Of a DNA stretch of 32,000 nucleotides, positions 8,658 to 17,611 are shown one piece after another; position 1 is the first letter of the stretch; every line of letters starts with the position of its first letter. The notes beneath the pieces are model-generated. The model searched no databases, had not been told where the DNA came from, and saw nothing but the letters and a program-made list of their open reading frames with translations. Source of the stretch: Promethearchaeia archaeon (GTDB lineage: Archaea; Asgardarchaeota; Lokiarchaeia; Sigyniarchaeales; SOKP01); assembly GCA_046497275.1 (NCBI GenBank), contig JAWOFX010000148.1, positions 2,525 to 34,524 of the forward strand, written 5' to 3'. The position numbers were made by a program, and so were the translations under genes.

Positions 8658-9509
8658 ATGGTTCAAGTATTTCTCATAAACCCTGACGGAACAACTTCGG
8701 AGGTAAAAACAGAAGGATCTATAAAAGATGTGCTCGAAAATGATCAAGCTTATGTGATCGTATCCGACGATGTGCGAAAAGTGTATTTATGGAAAGGAAT
8801 AAAAAGCAATGTTCGCTCAAAATTTATTGGAGCCAAACGAAGTCAAGAAATTAGAGGACAAGTTGGTATGCATTATAGCGTCGTGCCGTTAGATCAGAAC
8901 GAAGAAGATGAAGATCCTGATTTTCTTGGGTTAATTGGTGGAAGGACAACTAATGGTATTGCAAAAGAGATTTCAGCGGATGATATTGGGGGTGCCTCTA
9001 AAGGAAGCGGAGGACATCCATTACGAGAAAAATCTGAATTTGCTCCTCCCGAACCTGCATCAGATATGAATATTGCGGGAAGTAAAACAAGAAGTAAGCA
9101 AAATAGTGGTCCTCTTTATAAAGGGGAGGAATCTTTAGCTGCTTTTACCACTGATGAGCAAAAAATCAATTTTGAGCAAATTATGCAAAAACTTGAAGAA
9201 ATAAAAATGCCAAATGGCTATGAAAGAGAATTATTAATTATTGGAAATCATGCATATGCTTTGGTAGAGAAAAAACAATCATTTCTAGGAAAAACTACTA
9301 GCGAAAAAATACTTGAAAAAGTTGGAACGATACCAGAAGGAATTTTCTTTGCGGAGAGTTATAGCCCCCGTATATTATCAGAGGGTGGTAATATCGTAGC
9401 AATAGAATTTTTAAAAAAAACAGGAAATACCAAAGCTAAAGTAGAAGAGCAAGATAAAAGAAGTATGTTGAAGAACCAAATTAAATCGCAACTAGAGAAC
9501 AAAAAATAA
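8658..9509 (+). CDS. Gelsolin-domain protein (one gelsolin repeat, linker, C-terminal X domain; 1DGelX-like)
   Basis: N-terminal L.NDQAYVIV....KVYLWKG..S.VRSKFIGA matches a gelsolin/villin repeat. It is followed by a Gly/Ser/acidic linker and a compact alpha/beta domain of about 85 aa. Confidence 0.78.
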   Translation: MVQVFLINPDGTTSEVKTEGSIKDVLENDQAYVIVSDDVRKVYLWKGIKSNVRSKFIGAKRSQEIRGQVGMHYSVVPLDQNEEDEDPDFLGLIGGRTTNGIAKEISADDIGGASKGSGGHPLREKSEFAPPEPASDMNIAGSKTRSKQNSGPLYKGEESLAAFTTDEQKINFEQIMQKLEEIKMPNGYERELLIIGNHAYALVEKKQSFLGKTTSEKILEKVGTIPEGIFFAESYSPRILSEGGNIVAIEFLKKTGNTKAKVEEQDKRSMLKNQIKSQLENKK

Positions 9510-9585
9510 TATATTTTTGAAATTCTTTTTGTCTATCAATTTAAAAATATATGAGTGAAAAAGAAAAAAATACATCTTTTGAAAA

Positions 9586-9978
9586 ATGAGCGATTTAACT
9601 CCTGAGGAAGCAAAGAGTTTGTCAAACTTTTTGGGAAATATTACGGAACATTCAGAACTAGAAGCCTTAGCTTTAATAACTCGTGAAGGTCTTCGATTAG
9701 CTTTTTCTAGCGTACCTGGATATAATGTTGATCCCGATTTATTTTCAAGTCTAAGTGCTGTAGTAGTACAAAGTGGCACTGATGCGATTTCTACATTAGG
9801 TTACCATAATATGCTCGAGGTCATTTTACGTGGAGAGGATGCATTTATCATTCTCTCAGATGCTGGAAGATTCTTTTTAATGGGTGCATGTAGAAAAATT
9901 GAAGACCTCGGAAAAATAGTCTCAATTTTTAGATACTACTCTGGTGAAATCAGAAAACGATATCCACGAAAAGAATAA
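9586..9978 (+). CDS. Roadblock/LC7 domain protein
   Basis: 130 aa with the helix - ALALITREGL - D.DLFSSLSA helix - three strands - LGKI helix pattern. Confidence 0.88.
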   Translation: MSDLTPEEAKSLSNFLGNITEHSELEALALITREGLRLAFSSVPGYNVDPDLFSSLSAVVVQSGTDAISTLGYHNMLEVILRGEDAFIILSDAGRFFLMGACRKIEDLGKIVSIFRYYSGEIRKRYPRKE

Positions 9979-10168
9979 AATTCTCTTTTTTCACACAAAA
10001 TATGAAGTAAATATATTTATATTCGTTTTTGCTATTTTTTTTATAAAGAGTTAAAATTTAACCCAAATTGAATTCTTACATTTAGGTAAATATTATAGAT
10101 TTTAATATTGGGAAAAATAAAATAATTTATTAATCATTTAAAATAAATCATTAAAAAATCTATTAAAG

Positions 10169-12322
10169 ATGTCAAAAGAAATAAAAATTTTCGTGGATCA
10201 AAAACAAGATATTTCCAATACAGTTATAATATCTCCAGAAAATGCAAGAAAATTAGAAGTTTCAAATGGACAAAATGTAGAGGTTTATAATCCAGATAAC
10301 GGACAAACCGTGAATGCAATGGTGCAAGTTTCTGAAAATGTATTAGATTTTGCGGGTAAATTTTCAAAAGATATTTTACAGAATGTTAATTATTCTGGTG
10401 TTGAATTAATTGTGCGTTCCCAAGGTACGGGGACATCTCAACCCGCATCTCAACCAGCTCCAACACAAGCTACAAGTCCTCCACCTCGAGATGCTGGAGG
10501 TACCTTTACACCTCCGCCAAAACTCAAACGCCCAGAAGTCTCACCAAAACCACCTCCTCCTCCCGCACCTCGTCAAACAACTTCAAGTCCTAGTGAAGTT
10601 CCAAAACCTCCTCAATCAGCTCCTACTCCCCCCTCAGATATTCCATCTCAATCCCCACGTCCTCCATCTGTAGTTTCGTACCAACCACCCGGAGGATCCC
10701 GACCTCCTTCTCCTATCTCTTCAGAACAGTCTTTTCCACAGGAATCATCAATGCCACAGCCAGAGCCAGAACCCTTTCCGAATAGAATTGATCCAAATAT
10801 GTTAGCACAACAAAAAAATGGAATTGTCGTTCAACCTGTCGTGTCCGCTAAGATAGAAGGAGGGAGGATTCAATTAAGCTCCAATAATTTACAAAGACTT
10901 GGTCTGGGGCAAGGAATGCTTGTTGCGTGGGAAGATCCTCTTACACGCTCCAATGGTTCAGCTAGAATAGATGTTGCTGCAATAAGTGATGCTCAAATTA
11001 AAATTAGTCAAGACACTAAAGAAGATACAAATATTCAATCAGATCAAATCGTTATATACTCTACAGAACCACCCATCCAAAAAGCTGAAAGCTTGATATT
11101 AGAAGTAGAGTCCCGTGCTGGATTAGAAGGATATGCATTAGTAAGTCCTAGAACTCAACACACTTTATCTCTTCAAAATGATGATGTAATCGCTTTTGAA
11201 GATGATTTAACAGGCGCGATGGGAGCGGGAAAAGTGAGAATCTCTGAGAGAGTCAATGATAATATCATTGTTATTGACAGTGAAATATTAGAAGCATCCG
11301 GAATAGGCAGTTTTGAAGTAACTGTGTCAAAAAATCAAAGACAAATTATTCCTTTACAGAGTGTTTCTTTGGGTATTTCCCCCATCTCAGGGGAAAATAT
11401 GTGGGAAATCGTGAGTACTGCTCGACAAAATATAGGGCAACTTAAGAGTTGGCTTTCTAAATATATAATTTTTAAAGGGATTAAACTTAGATGGAAAGCC
11501 GTTAACATAGCATGTTCCATTCTTAGTTGCGTACCAGATTTAACTGGTGATGTATTAGCTCAAATAACTCCCAATAGCGCATTGACCTTGGCTCCCCAAG
11601 GATTAATACCATTTAATGCAATTCTTATCATCGATATTAGTCGTTCAATGATGGCACGAGATGTCCTTGTGACAAACATAGCCCCAGCTATAGAGGGTAT
11701 CAAAGCTGCGATGGAAAGTAGAGAAATTCAAGAGTTTCTGAAGAAATTTAAAGACGGAGTAAATATCCCACGGCGAATATCTGCTGCATTTGCCGCAGTT
11801 CTATTTTTAAGTGAAAAAGTAGGGAGGGGATTTGGTGAAAAAGTCTCTGTAATTCGATTCGCTGATGAATCTCAAATTCTCCCATTTGGAGGGAGCTTCT
11901 ATATGGATTCTGCCAGTGGTAAGAAAGGTATACTTGAAGATGCCGCTCGTTTGATTGTTGATAGGATTGGAAATGCATATGGTCAAGCCACGAATATGGG
12001 CAGTGCAATGGTCAAAGCAAAAGCGGTCTTGGATGAGTTCAATGAAATGAATCCTAACCAACCGACTATGATAGTATTGCTTACTGATGGCGTACCCACT
12101 GATGGCGACGCTTTCTTTAATACGATACAGCTTTTCGCAGAAAACCCCAACGTAGTGATCTATATAGTTGGTCTTGGAAACCCAGATGATGAATTGATGA
12201 ATAGAGCCGCTCAATTATGCGGTGGAGAGTATTTCAAACCAGATGATGCTGGAGAACTATTAGTTTGGTACTCTAAAAGAGCACGCGACCTCTCTGTAAA
12301 ACTGAAAGCACATAAACACTAA
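10169..12322 (+). CDS. vWA-domain protein with three N-terminal Cdc48-N/double-psi-barrel-like repeats and a proline-rich linker
   Basis: C-terminal vWA with a complete MIDAS (IDISRS at about aa 489-493, TNMG, LLTDG). Three internal repeats of pattern I..S......L.L..G..V...(N/D)P....G.A.V......D..I.I. A Pro/Ser/Gln-rich segment spans about aa 85-205. Confidence 0.82.
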   Translation: MSKEIKIFVDQKQDISNTVIISPENARKLEVSNGQNVEVYNPDNGQTVNAMVQVSENVLDFAGKFSKDILQNVNYSGVELIVRSQGTGTSQPASQPAPTQATSPPPRDAGGTFTPPPKLKRPEVSPKPPPPPAPRQTTSSPSEVPKPPQSAPTPPSDIPSQSPRPPSVVSYQPPGGSRPPSPISSEQSFPQESSMPQPEPEPFPNRIDPNMLAQQKNGIVVQPVVSAKIEGGRIQLSSNNLQRLGLGQGMLVAWEDPLTRSNGSARIDVAAISDAQIKISQDTKEDTNIQSDQIVIYSTEPPIQKAESLILEVESRAGLEGYALVSPRTQHTLSLQNDDVIAFEDDLTGAMGAGKVRISERVNDNIIVIDSEILEASGIGSFEVTVSKNQRQIIPLQSVSLGISPISGENMWEIVSTARQNIGQLKSWLSKYIIFKGIKLRWKAVNIACSILSCVPDLTGDVLAQITPNSALTLAPQGLIPFNAILIIDISRSMMARDVLVTNIAPAIEGIKAAMESREIQEFLKKFKDGVNIPRRISAAFAAVLFLSEKVGRGFGEKVSVIRFADESQILPFGGSFYMDSASGKKGILEDAARLIVDRIGNAYGQATNMGSAMVKAKAVLDEFNEMNPNQPTMIVLLTDGVPTDGDAFFNTIQLFAENPNVVIYIVGLGNPDDELMNRAAQLCGGEYFKPDDAGELLVWYSKRARDLSVKLKAHKH

Positions 12323-12530
12323 AATATTTTTATGTGTAAGGCTAATGTAGTTTTAGGAAAAATATAGGCTTTGATTAAAAGGGAAGGCATATAAAGAATA
12401 GCTCTATTTTTTTCCTTTTTCATATTTTAGTTGTTAGAACCTTAAATTTCTTTAAAAGACATATAGATTTATATTAGTCTTTTTCATTAAATAAAATAAT
12501 AATAATTTAATCCCATTTTTGACCCATAGG

Positions 12531-12932
12531 ATGAAAGAAGTAAAGATAGTTTCGTTAGATGATCGCGGGAGAATAGTGATCCCACAAATTATTCGAGAGA
12601 GTTTAGGTTTAACCACAGACTCTCAAGTTATGATGGTTGCGGACAGTGAGACGAAAGAAATAAAGATTACACCAGTTGGATTAGATGAAGACAGAAAACC
12701 AATAAAATTACGAATTACTATGGAAGATGCTCCTGGAGCTTTAGCCAAGATTGCGATAGCTTTTGGAAAATTAGGAATTTCTTTGATGTATGGTGAATCT
12801 GTTGTTATAGAAAAGGATAAAAAGGCGATCTGGACCGTTATTAGTCCCACACCCAATATACCATTAGAAGAGCTGGAAAAAAAGCTTAAAGTTGAAGGTG
12901 ATGCTCTCAATGTGGAGTTTGTACCTCTTTAG
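12531..12932 (+). CDS. AbrB/MazE/SpoVT-family DNA-binding protein fused to an ACT domain
   Basis: LDDRGRIVIPQ.IRE.LGL followed by MEDAPGALAKIA..FG..GI (ACT). ATG at 12531 is preferred over TTG at 12519. Confidence 0.88.
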   Translation: MKEVKIVSLDDRGRIVIPQIIRESLGLTTDSQVMMVADSETKEIKITPVGLDEDRKPIKLRITMEDAPGALAKIAIAFGKLGISLMYGESVVIEKDKKAIWTVISPTPNIPLEELEKKLKVEGDALNVEFVPL

Positions 12933-13101
12933 AAACCTCTTGATGAAATACTATTTCTTTTTTATATTTTTTACTGATTAAAACCTTGATAAGGCAAACT
13001 AGCAAATAATTTAGAGTCTAAATTTAAAAACAAAATCTATAATTATATTTATAAGATCAATTTTTCATTATTTAATAAGTAAAAATAGTTAAAGAAATCT
13101 C

Positions 13102-13719
13102 ATGGCAAAAAAGAAATCTAAGCAAGACAAAGAAGAAGAAACATTAGATAACGCTTTAAAATCAGCAAAAAAAACAGAAAATGATCTCCAGAATTTAATT
13201 GAAGTCCTACAAATGGGGAAAGGATTTTATAAAAAGAAAGAAAAACAACCAGAAGAAGAAGTAGTTGTGATTCAACCACAATTATCTCATGAAAAGAAAG
13301 AAGAAAAAAAGCCATCTTCAGTTAAAGAAGAACCAAGTTTTATTAAGGAAAAAGGAGGTAAAATTAAAGGAGAGGATATTTATTTAAAATTAGGAGAGTT
13401 CTTTGAGAACCTATTTGAGAGTTATAATGAAAGATATAATGAGTGGGAAAATTCCATTTCTGCTTTATTGTCAATTTTACGAAAAATGAGAAAAATAACA
13501 AAGAAAAACACAGAATCATTAACACATGAAATCAATAATGCATATGAAAAGATTTTAAAAAATTTAGACCAATTTAAATTAAAACGAGATGAGATCGAAA
13601 AAATTGCCGAAGTTGATGTCCAAGGGATGTCTCGGGAATTTAAAAAAGTTTTAGGCTTATTAGAACTCCAGATCAAAGAGTATCAATTAAAAAGAATCAC
13701 AGATGAGATGTTTCATTAA
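13102..13719 (+). CDS. Hypothetical protein: charged disordered N-half and coiled-coil/helical C-half
   Basis: 205-aa ORF, K/E-rich; heptad-like pattern from about aa 90 to 205. Confidence 0.78.
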   Translation: MAKKKSKQDKEEETLDNALKSAKKTENDLQNLIEVLQMGKGFYKKKEKQPEEEVVVIQPQLSHEKKEEKKPSSVKEEPSFIKEKGGKIKGEDIYLKLGEFFENLFESYNERYNEWENSISALLSILRKMRKITKKNTESLTHEINNAYEKILKNLDQFKLKRDEIEKIAEVDVQGMSREFKKVLGLLELQIKEYQLKRITDEMFH

Positions 13720-13773
13720 ATTTTTTGATTCAGGTTTAATCCATTAAGAATAATAAAATCGATTTTTATCAAA

Positions 13774-14943
13774 ATGTCGGCTGAAGATACTAGATATTTA
13801 AGACCAATCATAATTGATTTCGGGTCAAGCATGTTTAGACTGGGTTGGGCGGGGGATGATTTTCCAGAAACTCTTAGCCCAAGTATCTATGTTGATATTT
13901 CAGATTATATTTTTAACTCTGATGTTATAAATGGTTTGGAAGAGATATTTATAGGGGAAGGAGATCAAGATTATCTTTTTGGGGGAGAGGCTTTAAAATA
14001 TCAAAATATATTAAAAATTCATGAATTTATAAAAGAAGAAAATTACAACATTTTGGAAAAATATTTTCTATTTCATTATCAGAAATTAAATATTCCTGAA
14101 AAATATCATTTTATGCAACCAGCTATTATTCTCAGCCCTTTTAACATAACGGATATGGTTAAAGCAAAATTACAACATATCTTTTTTGAGAAATTTCAAT
14201 TTCCTTTTTTATTATTTCTTCCCGCTGATAAAGCGATCTTGTCTACCTTAAGGAAATCTGATGGAGTAATCGTGAATATGGGAGAAAATAGTACTTATAT
14301 ATCTTCAATTTATCATGGTTTTACCAATATAATGGCTAGAGATGTTTTTCCAATCGCCGGTGAAGAATTAACAAATTATTTCTTGAACATGATTTTAAAG
14401 GGAAGAGGTTCAAGCAGAAATTTCTATTTAGATTTTTGGCTTGCTAAGGAAATCAAGGAAAAAATGTCTCTATGTGTACAAAATCCAAAAAAAGAAAGAG
14501 AACGTATAAAAGAGGGCTTAACAAAATATGATAGAGTCGTAAAATTGCCAGATAATTCACAATTAAAAATAAATTCTGAACGATTTATGATAGCAGAACC
14601 CCTTTTTGACCCTAAGGTTGTTCATATCGATTATATATCACTTTCAGAAGTTATAGCGAAGATAGTAAAGTTTTGGGATCGGGAAAATTGGGAACATCTG
14701 ATATCTAATATCGTACTTTCTGGAGGGGGTAGTTTGATTCCAGGTTTAAAGGATAGACTGCAATCAGATTTAAAGAATTATTTTTCTGATAAATTGAAAG
14801 ATAAGATAAAGGTATTAGCTCCTTCAGGCAGAGATAATATGAGTTGGATCGGGGCGAGTATCTTATTTGGTCTAGATAAATTAGAGGGATGGATTAGAAA
14901 CCCGAAACTAGAGAAGGAAAAAAGTGAGGAGAGTGAGAATTAG
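13774..14943 (+). CDS. Actin-related protein (divergent Asgard Arp)
   Basis: Actin-fold motifs IIIDFGSSMFRLGWAGDDFP, FGGEA, EKFQFP, IAGEELT, EIKEK, LPD, ERF..AEPLF.P, NIVLSGGGSLIPG...RL and SWIGASIL. Confidence 0.93.
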   Translation: MSAEDTRYLRPIIIDFGSSMFRLGWAGDDFPETLSPSIYVDISDYIFNSDVINGLEEIFIGEGDQDYLFGGEALKYQNILKIHEFIKEENYNILEKYFLFHYQKLNIPEKYHFMQPAIILSPFNITDMVKAKLQHIFFEKFQFPFLLFLPADKAILSTLRKSDGVIVNMGENSTYISSIYHGFTNIMARDVFPIAGEELTNYFLNMILKGRGSSRNFYLDFWLAKEIKEKMSLCVQNPKKERERIKEGLTKYDRVVKLPDNSQLKINSERFMIAEPLFDPKVVHIDYISLSEVIAKIVKFWDRENWEHLISNIVLSGGGSLIPGLKDRLQSDLKNYFSDKLKDKIKVLAPSGRDNMSWIGASILFGLDKLEGWIRNPKLEKEKSEESEN

Positions 14944-14945
14944 AG

Positions 14946-17519
14946 ATGTCTGTCGATGTTGAGAAAAAAAAAAGGTTTTTGAGTGAATTTCAAGACCGTG
15001 TAATCCAAGCACGGAGATTACTTCAATCAGGAAATCATCATTGGGCTTCTAAATTAATCTTAGATTTATATTTTGATATTGAAACGAAAGAATGGCTTAA
15101 TGCTCAAAAAAAGCATCAGCTTATTTTAGTTCTCTCAAATTCCTTTTGGATCTATATTAATTCTCTTAAAAAAAGCAATAAAGAAGATATAGATTTGATA
15201 AGATACATTGATGCTCATAAACGATTTTTTTCATTTCTTACAAAATTAGAAGATTTCCATCTCTTTGAAAAGTTTGCTACAAATTTGATTCATTCTTTCA
15301 TTAAAATGGAAGATCTTTCTATTGAAGGAATAACACAATTCATTAATTCTTTCTCAATAAAAGTGATTGAGGAAAAAGATTATTTAAAATTAATCGAGCT
15401 TCAAATTTTATTAATGTTTTTAAGAAAATCAGTTATCCCTACGGATTATTTTCGAACTGCGATGGAATATCTCGGAAGAATAATCTACAAATTAGAACCA
15501 AGTAAAAGGGCACTCTTTCTCTATATAATTTTGGAAAATGTTAATATAAAGTTCAATTTAATTGAACATTCTGAAGAATTCATTAATATTATGAATAAAA
15601 TCTTAGTAAATCGAATACCTAATTATCTAAGAGAATATTTTAGTAATTTAAGCAGAATTAAAATAAATAAAGGAACTTTTAATTCAATTAAGAATGATCT
15701 TATAGATTTGATTCATTATTTGAATAATATTGGTGAGGCTTCATGGATTATTATTATTATACGGATATTATTTGATAAGGTAAAAAAGTATGAGTCATTG
15801 GGTGACGCAATTACAGTAACACGAGAATTTGTAGAATATTCTATTGATCGAAACAATTTTCAGGTTGCTTTTGAAATTTATAATTTTTTAGAAGATTTAT
15901 TTTTAATGCAATCTGATTTAGGCTATGATAACGTTACTATTGAACTTTGGGCGGAAGCATGCAAACGATTCGTTACTATGAAAGAAAAAAAATATTTATT
16001 ACAATCGATAGAAAAGCTAACTAATCATTTAAGCACTCCTCAAAAACCGCCTCAAATTTTCCATTATTTTTATACTTGCAACTATCTCTGGAAATTTAAA
16101 AGCATGTTTTTTTCATTAGAGAGACGAGATTTTTGGAACATGATCTTCTACCGCGCTTTATATGATCAAGATGATTTGGAACTAGCTAAAAAGATAATCC
16201 CATATTTAGGAAAGCGAATACGACCTCTTTTAGAGAACTTAGAAGAATTACATAAGCAAACTAAGGAATTAAAAAATGAGATCTATTTTTTAGAAGACAA
16301 AAAGGAACATTCTTTTTATCAACAAGAATTTGAGATTAAAAATATCATTATTAGAATAAAATCCTCGGGGGAAATGTCTTATCGAATTCTCTCATTAGCA
16401 AATGAAATAATTGAGGGAAAAATAAAAAATGAATATTGGAACGATTTACACGTTCTTGATATTTACAATGATTTATTTTCAGATAAAAAAGAAAAAGAAT
16501 TTAATTTTAACCTTCAAGAATTCGGTACTATTCTCTTTCTTTTATTACCAAAATTGATTCGAGATTTTTTTACGCAATTTCAAATTAAAAGTTTGGATTA
16601 CATACCTCAAATATACTTTATCCTGAATCATATGTCAATTCCATTTGAATTAATCTATGATAGTAATTTTTTCTTGTTAAAATATTCGAGTGGTTATAAT
16701 ATTGGTGAACCATCAATAGAAGGTTATAAATTTTCTCCAGATAAATATGAATCTTCGATCGAAAATGCTTCTGATGGATCTTATAAAGTGTTAATAATTG
16801 ATTCAATTAATGCGTTAGGACCTAAAATTTGGAATGAAGAAAAAAAATCAAAAGAGATTTTGTTTCCATTTCCATCGGGAGCAAATGAACTTAATTTTAT
16901 AACCCAATTTCTTAATGAGAGAAGTGAGGTTGAAAGTATGGAGATTCTTACTGGTAGAGAAAGTACACGTGAATCTATTCTTAATAAAATCGGTTCTGGT
17001 ACTCATCATTTAATTTATATCGTAGGAAATATTTTCTTTTCTGAATTAAATCCACAAAATTCCTATTTCATTACCAACGATGATAATATTGTTAAATTTA
17101 CAGAGATTTTTGATATGTTAAAGAAAAATAACAGAATTAAACCACTTCTATTTTTTAACACACAACTTTTTGATAATGAAGGGAATCATCTAAAAGAAGA
17201 ATTAACAAGTTTTGGTGAGATTATTTCCCAATTTAGATTTAATGATATAAATGGAATTATGAGTAGAAATTATCCTATTTTTAATGACGAAACAAAACAA
17301 ATAATAACAAATTTTTTCTCCAATTTGTTTGAAAACAAGAGCTTAGGTATATCCCTTTTAGATGCCAGACAAAAAGTCATAGCTGAAAGGACCACGAAAC
17401 TAATCCAAGAGCAAATTTCAAAATTTGATAAAATTGAAAAAGATCAACATATCAATATTGAAAATAGTCAAGCGATTTCTAGTTTTCTACTTTTTGGGGA
17501 GCCTTGGAAGAAATTATAA
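14946..17519 (+). CDS. Alpha-solenoid (TPR-like) protein with a C-terminal CHAT (caspase-fold) domain, predicted inactive
   Basis: About 440 aa of helical repeats. The C-terminal region follows the CHAT pattern: FG..LF.LL, IPFELI, T...I..., YPI.....FF..L....SLG..L..AR, F.LFGEP. The HxxGH motif reads YIVGN and the L(S/N)AC motif reads FFNTQ. Confidence 0.75.
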   Translation: MSVDVEKKKRFLSEFQDRVIQARRLLQSGNHHWASKLILDLYFDIETKEWLNAQKKHQLILVLSNSFWIYINSLKKSNKEDIDLIRYIDAHKRFFSFLTKLEDFHLFEKFATNLIHSFIKMEDLSIEGITQFINSFSIKVIEEKDYLKLIELQILLMFLRKSVIPTDYFRTAMEYLGRIIYKLEPSKRALFLYIILENVNIKFNLIEHSEEFINIMNKILVNRIPNYLREYFSNLSRIKINKGTFNSIKNDLIDLIHYLNNIGEASWIIIIIRILFDKVKKYESLGDAITVTREFVEYSIDRNNFQVAFEIYNFLEDLFLMQSDLGYDNVTIELWAEACKRFVTMKEKKYLLQSIEKLTNHLSTPQKPPQIFHYFYTCNYLWKFKSMFFSLERRDFWNMIFYRALYDQDDLELAKKIIPYLGKRIRPLLENLEELHKQTKELKNEIYFLEDKKEHSFYQQEFEIKNIIIRIKSSGEMSYRILSLANEIIEGKIKNEYWNDLHVLDIYNDLFSDKKEKEFNFNLQEFGTILFLLLPKLIRDFFTQFQIKSLDYIPQIYFILNHMSIPFELIYDSNFFLLKYSSGYNIGEPSIEGYKFSPDKYESSIENASDGSYKVLIIDSINALGPKIWNEEKKSKEILFPFPSGANELNFITQFLNERSEVESMEILTGRESTRESILNKIGSGTHHLIYIVGNIFFSELNPQNSYFITNDDNIVKFTEIFDMLKKNNRIKPLLFFNTQLFDNEGNHLKEELTSFGEIISQFRFNDINGIMSRNYPIFNDETKQIITNFFSNLFENKSLGISLLDARQKVIAERTTKLIQEQISKFDKIEKDQHINIENSQAISSFLLFGEPWKKL

Positions 17520-17611
17520 GAAATATGAAATATTAAATAGAAATATAATTACTAAATTTATATCTAAAGTATTAATAGAATTCATATATAATACATTAAA
17601 AGTGGTTTAAA

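Noticed and set aside
8658-12322. Split Sec23/Sec24 (gelsolin + vWA trunk) hypothesis
   Set aside because: There is no Sec23/24 zinc finger or helical domain. The vWA has an intact MIDAS and is preceded by barrel-like repeats, so the architecture does not match.
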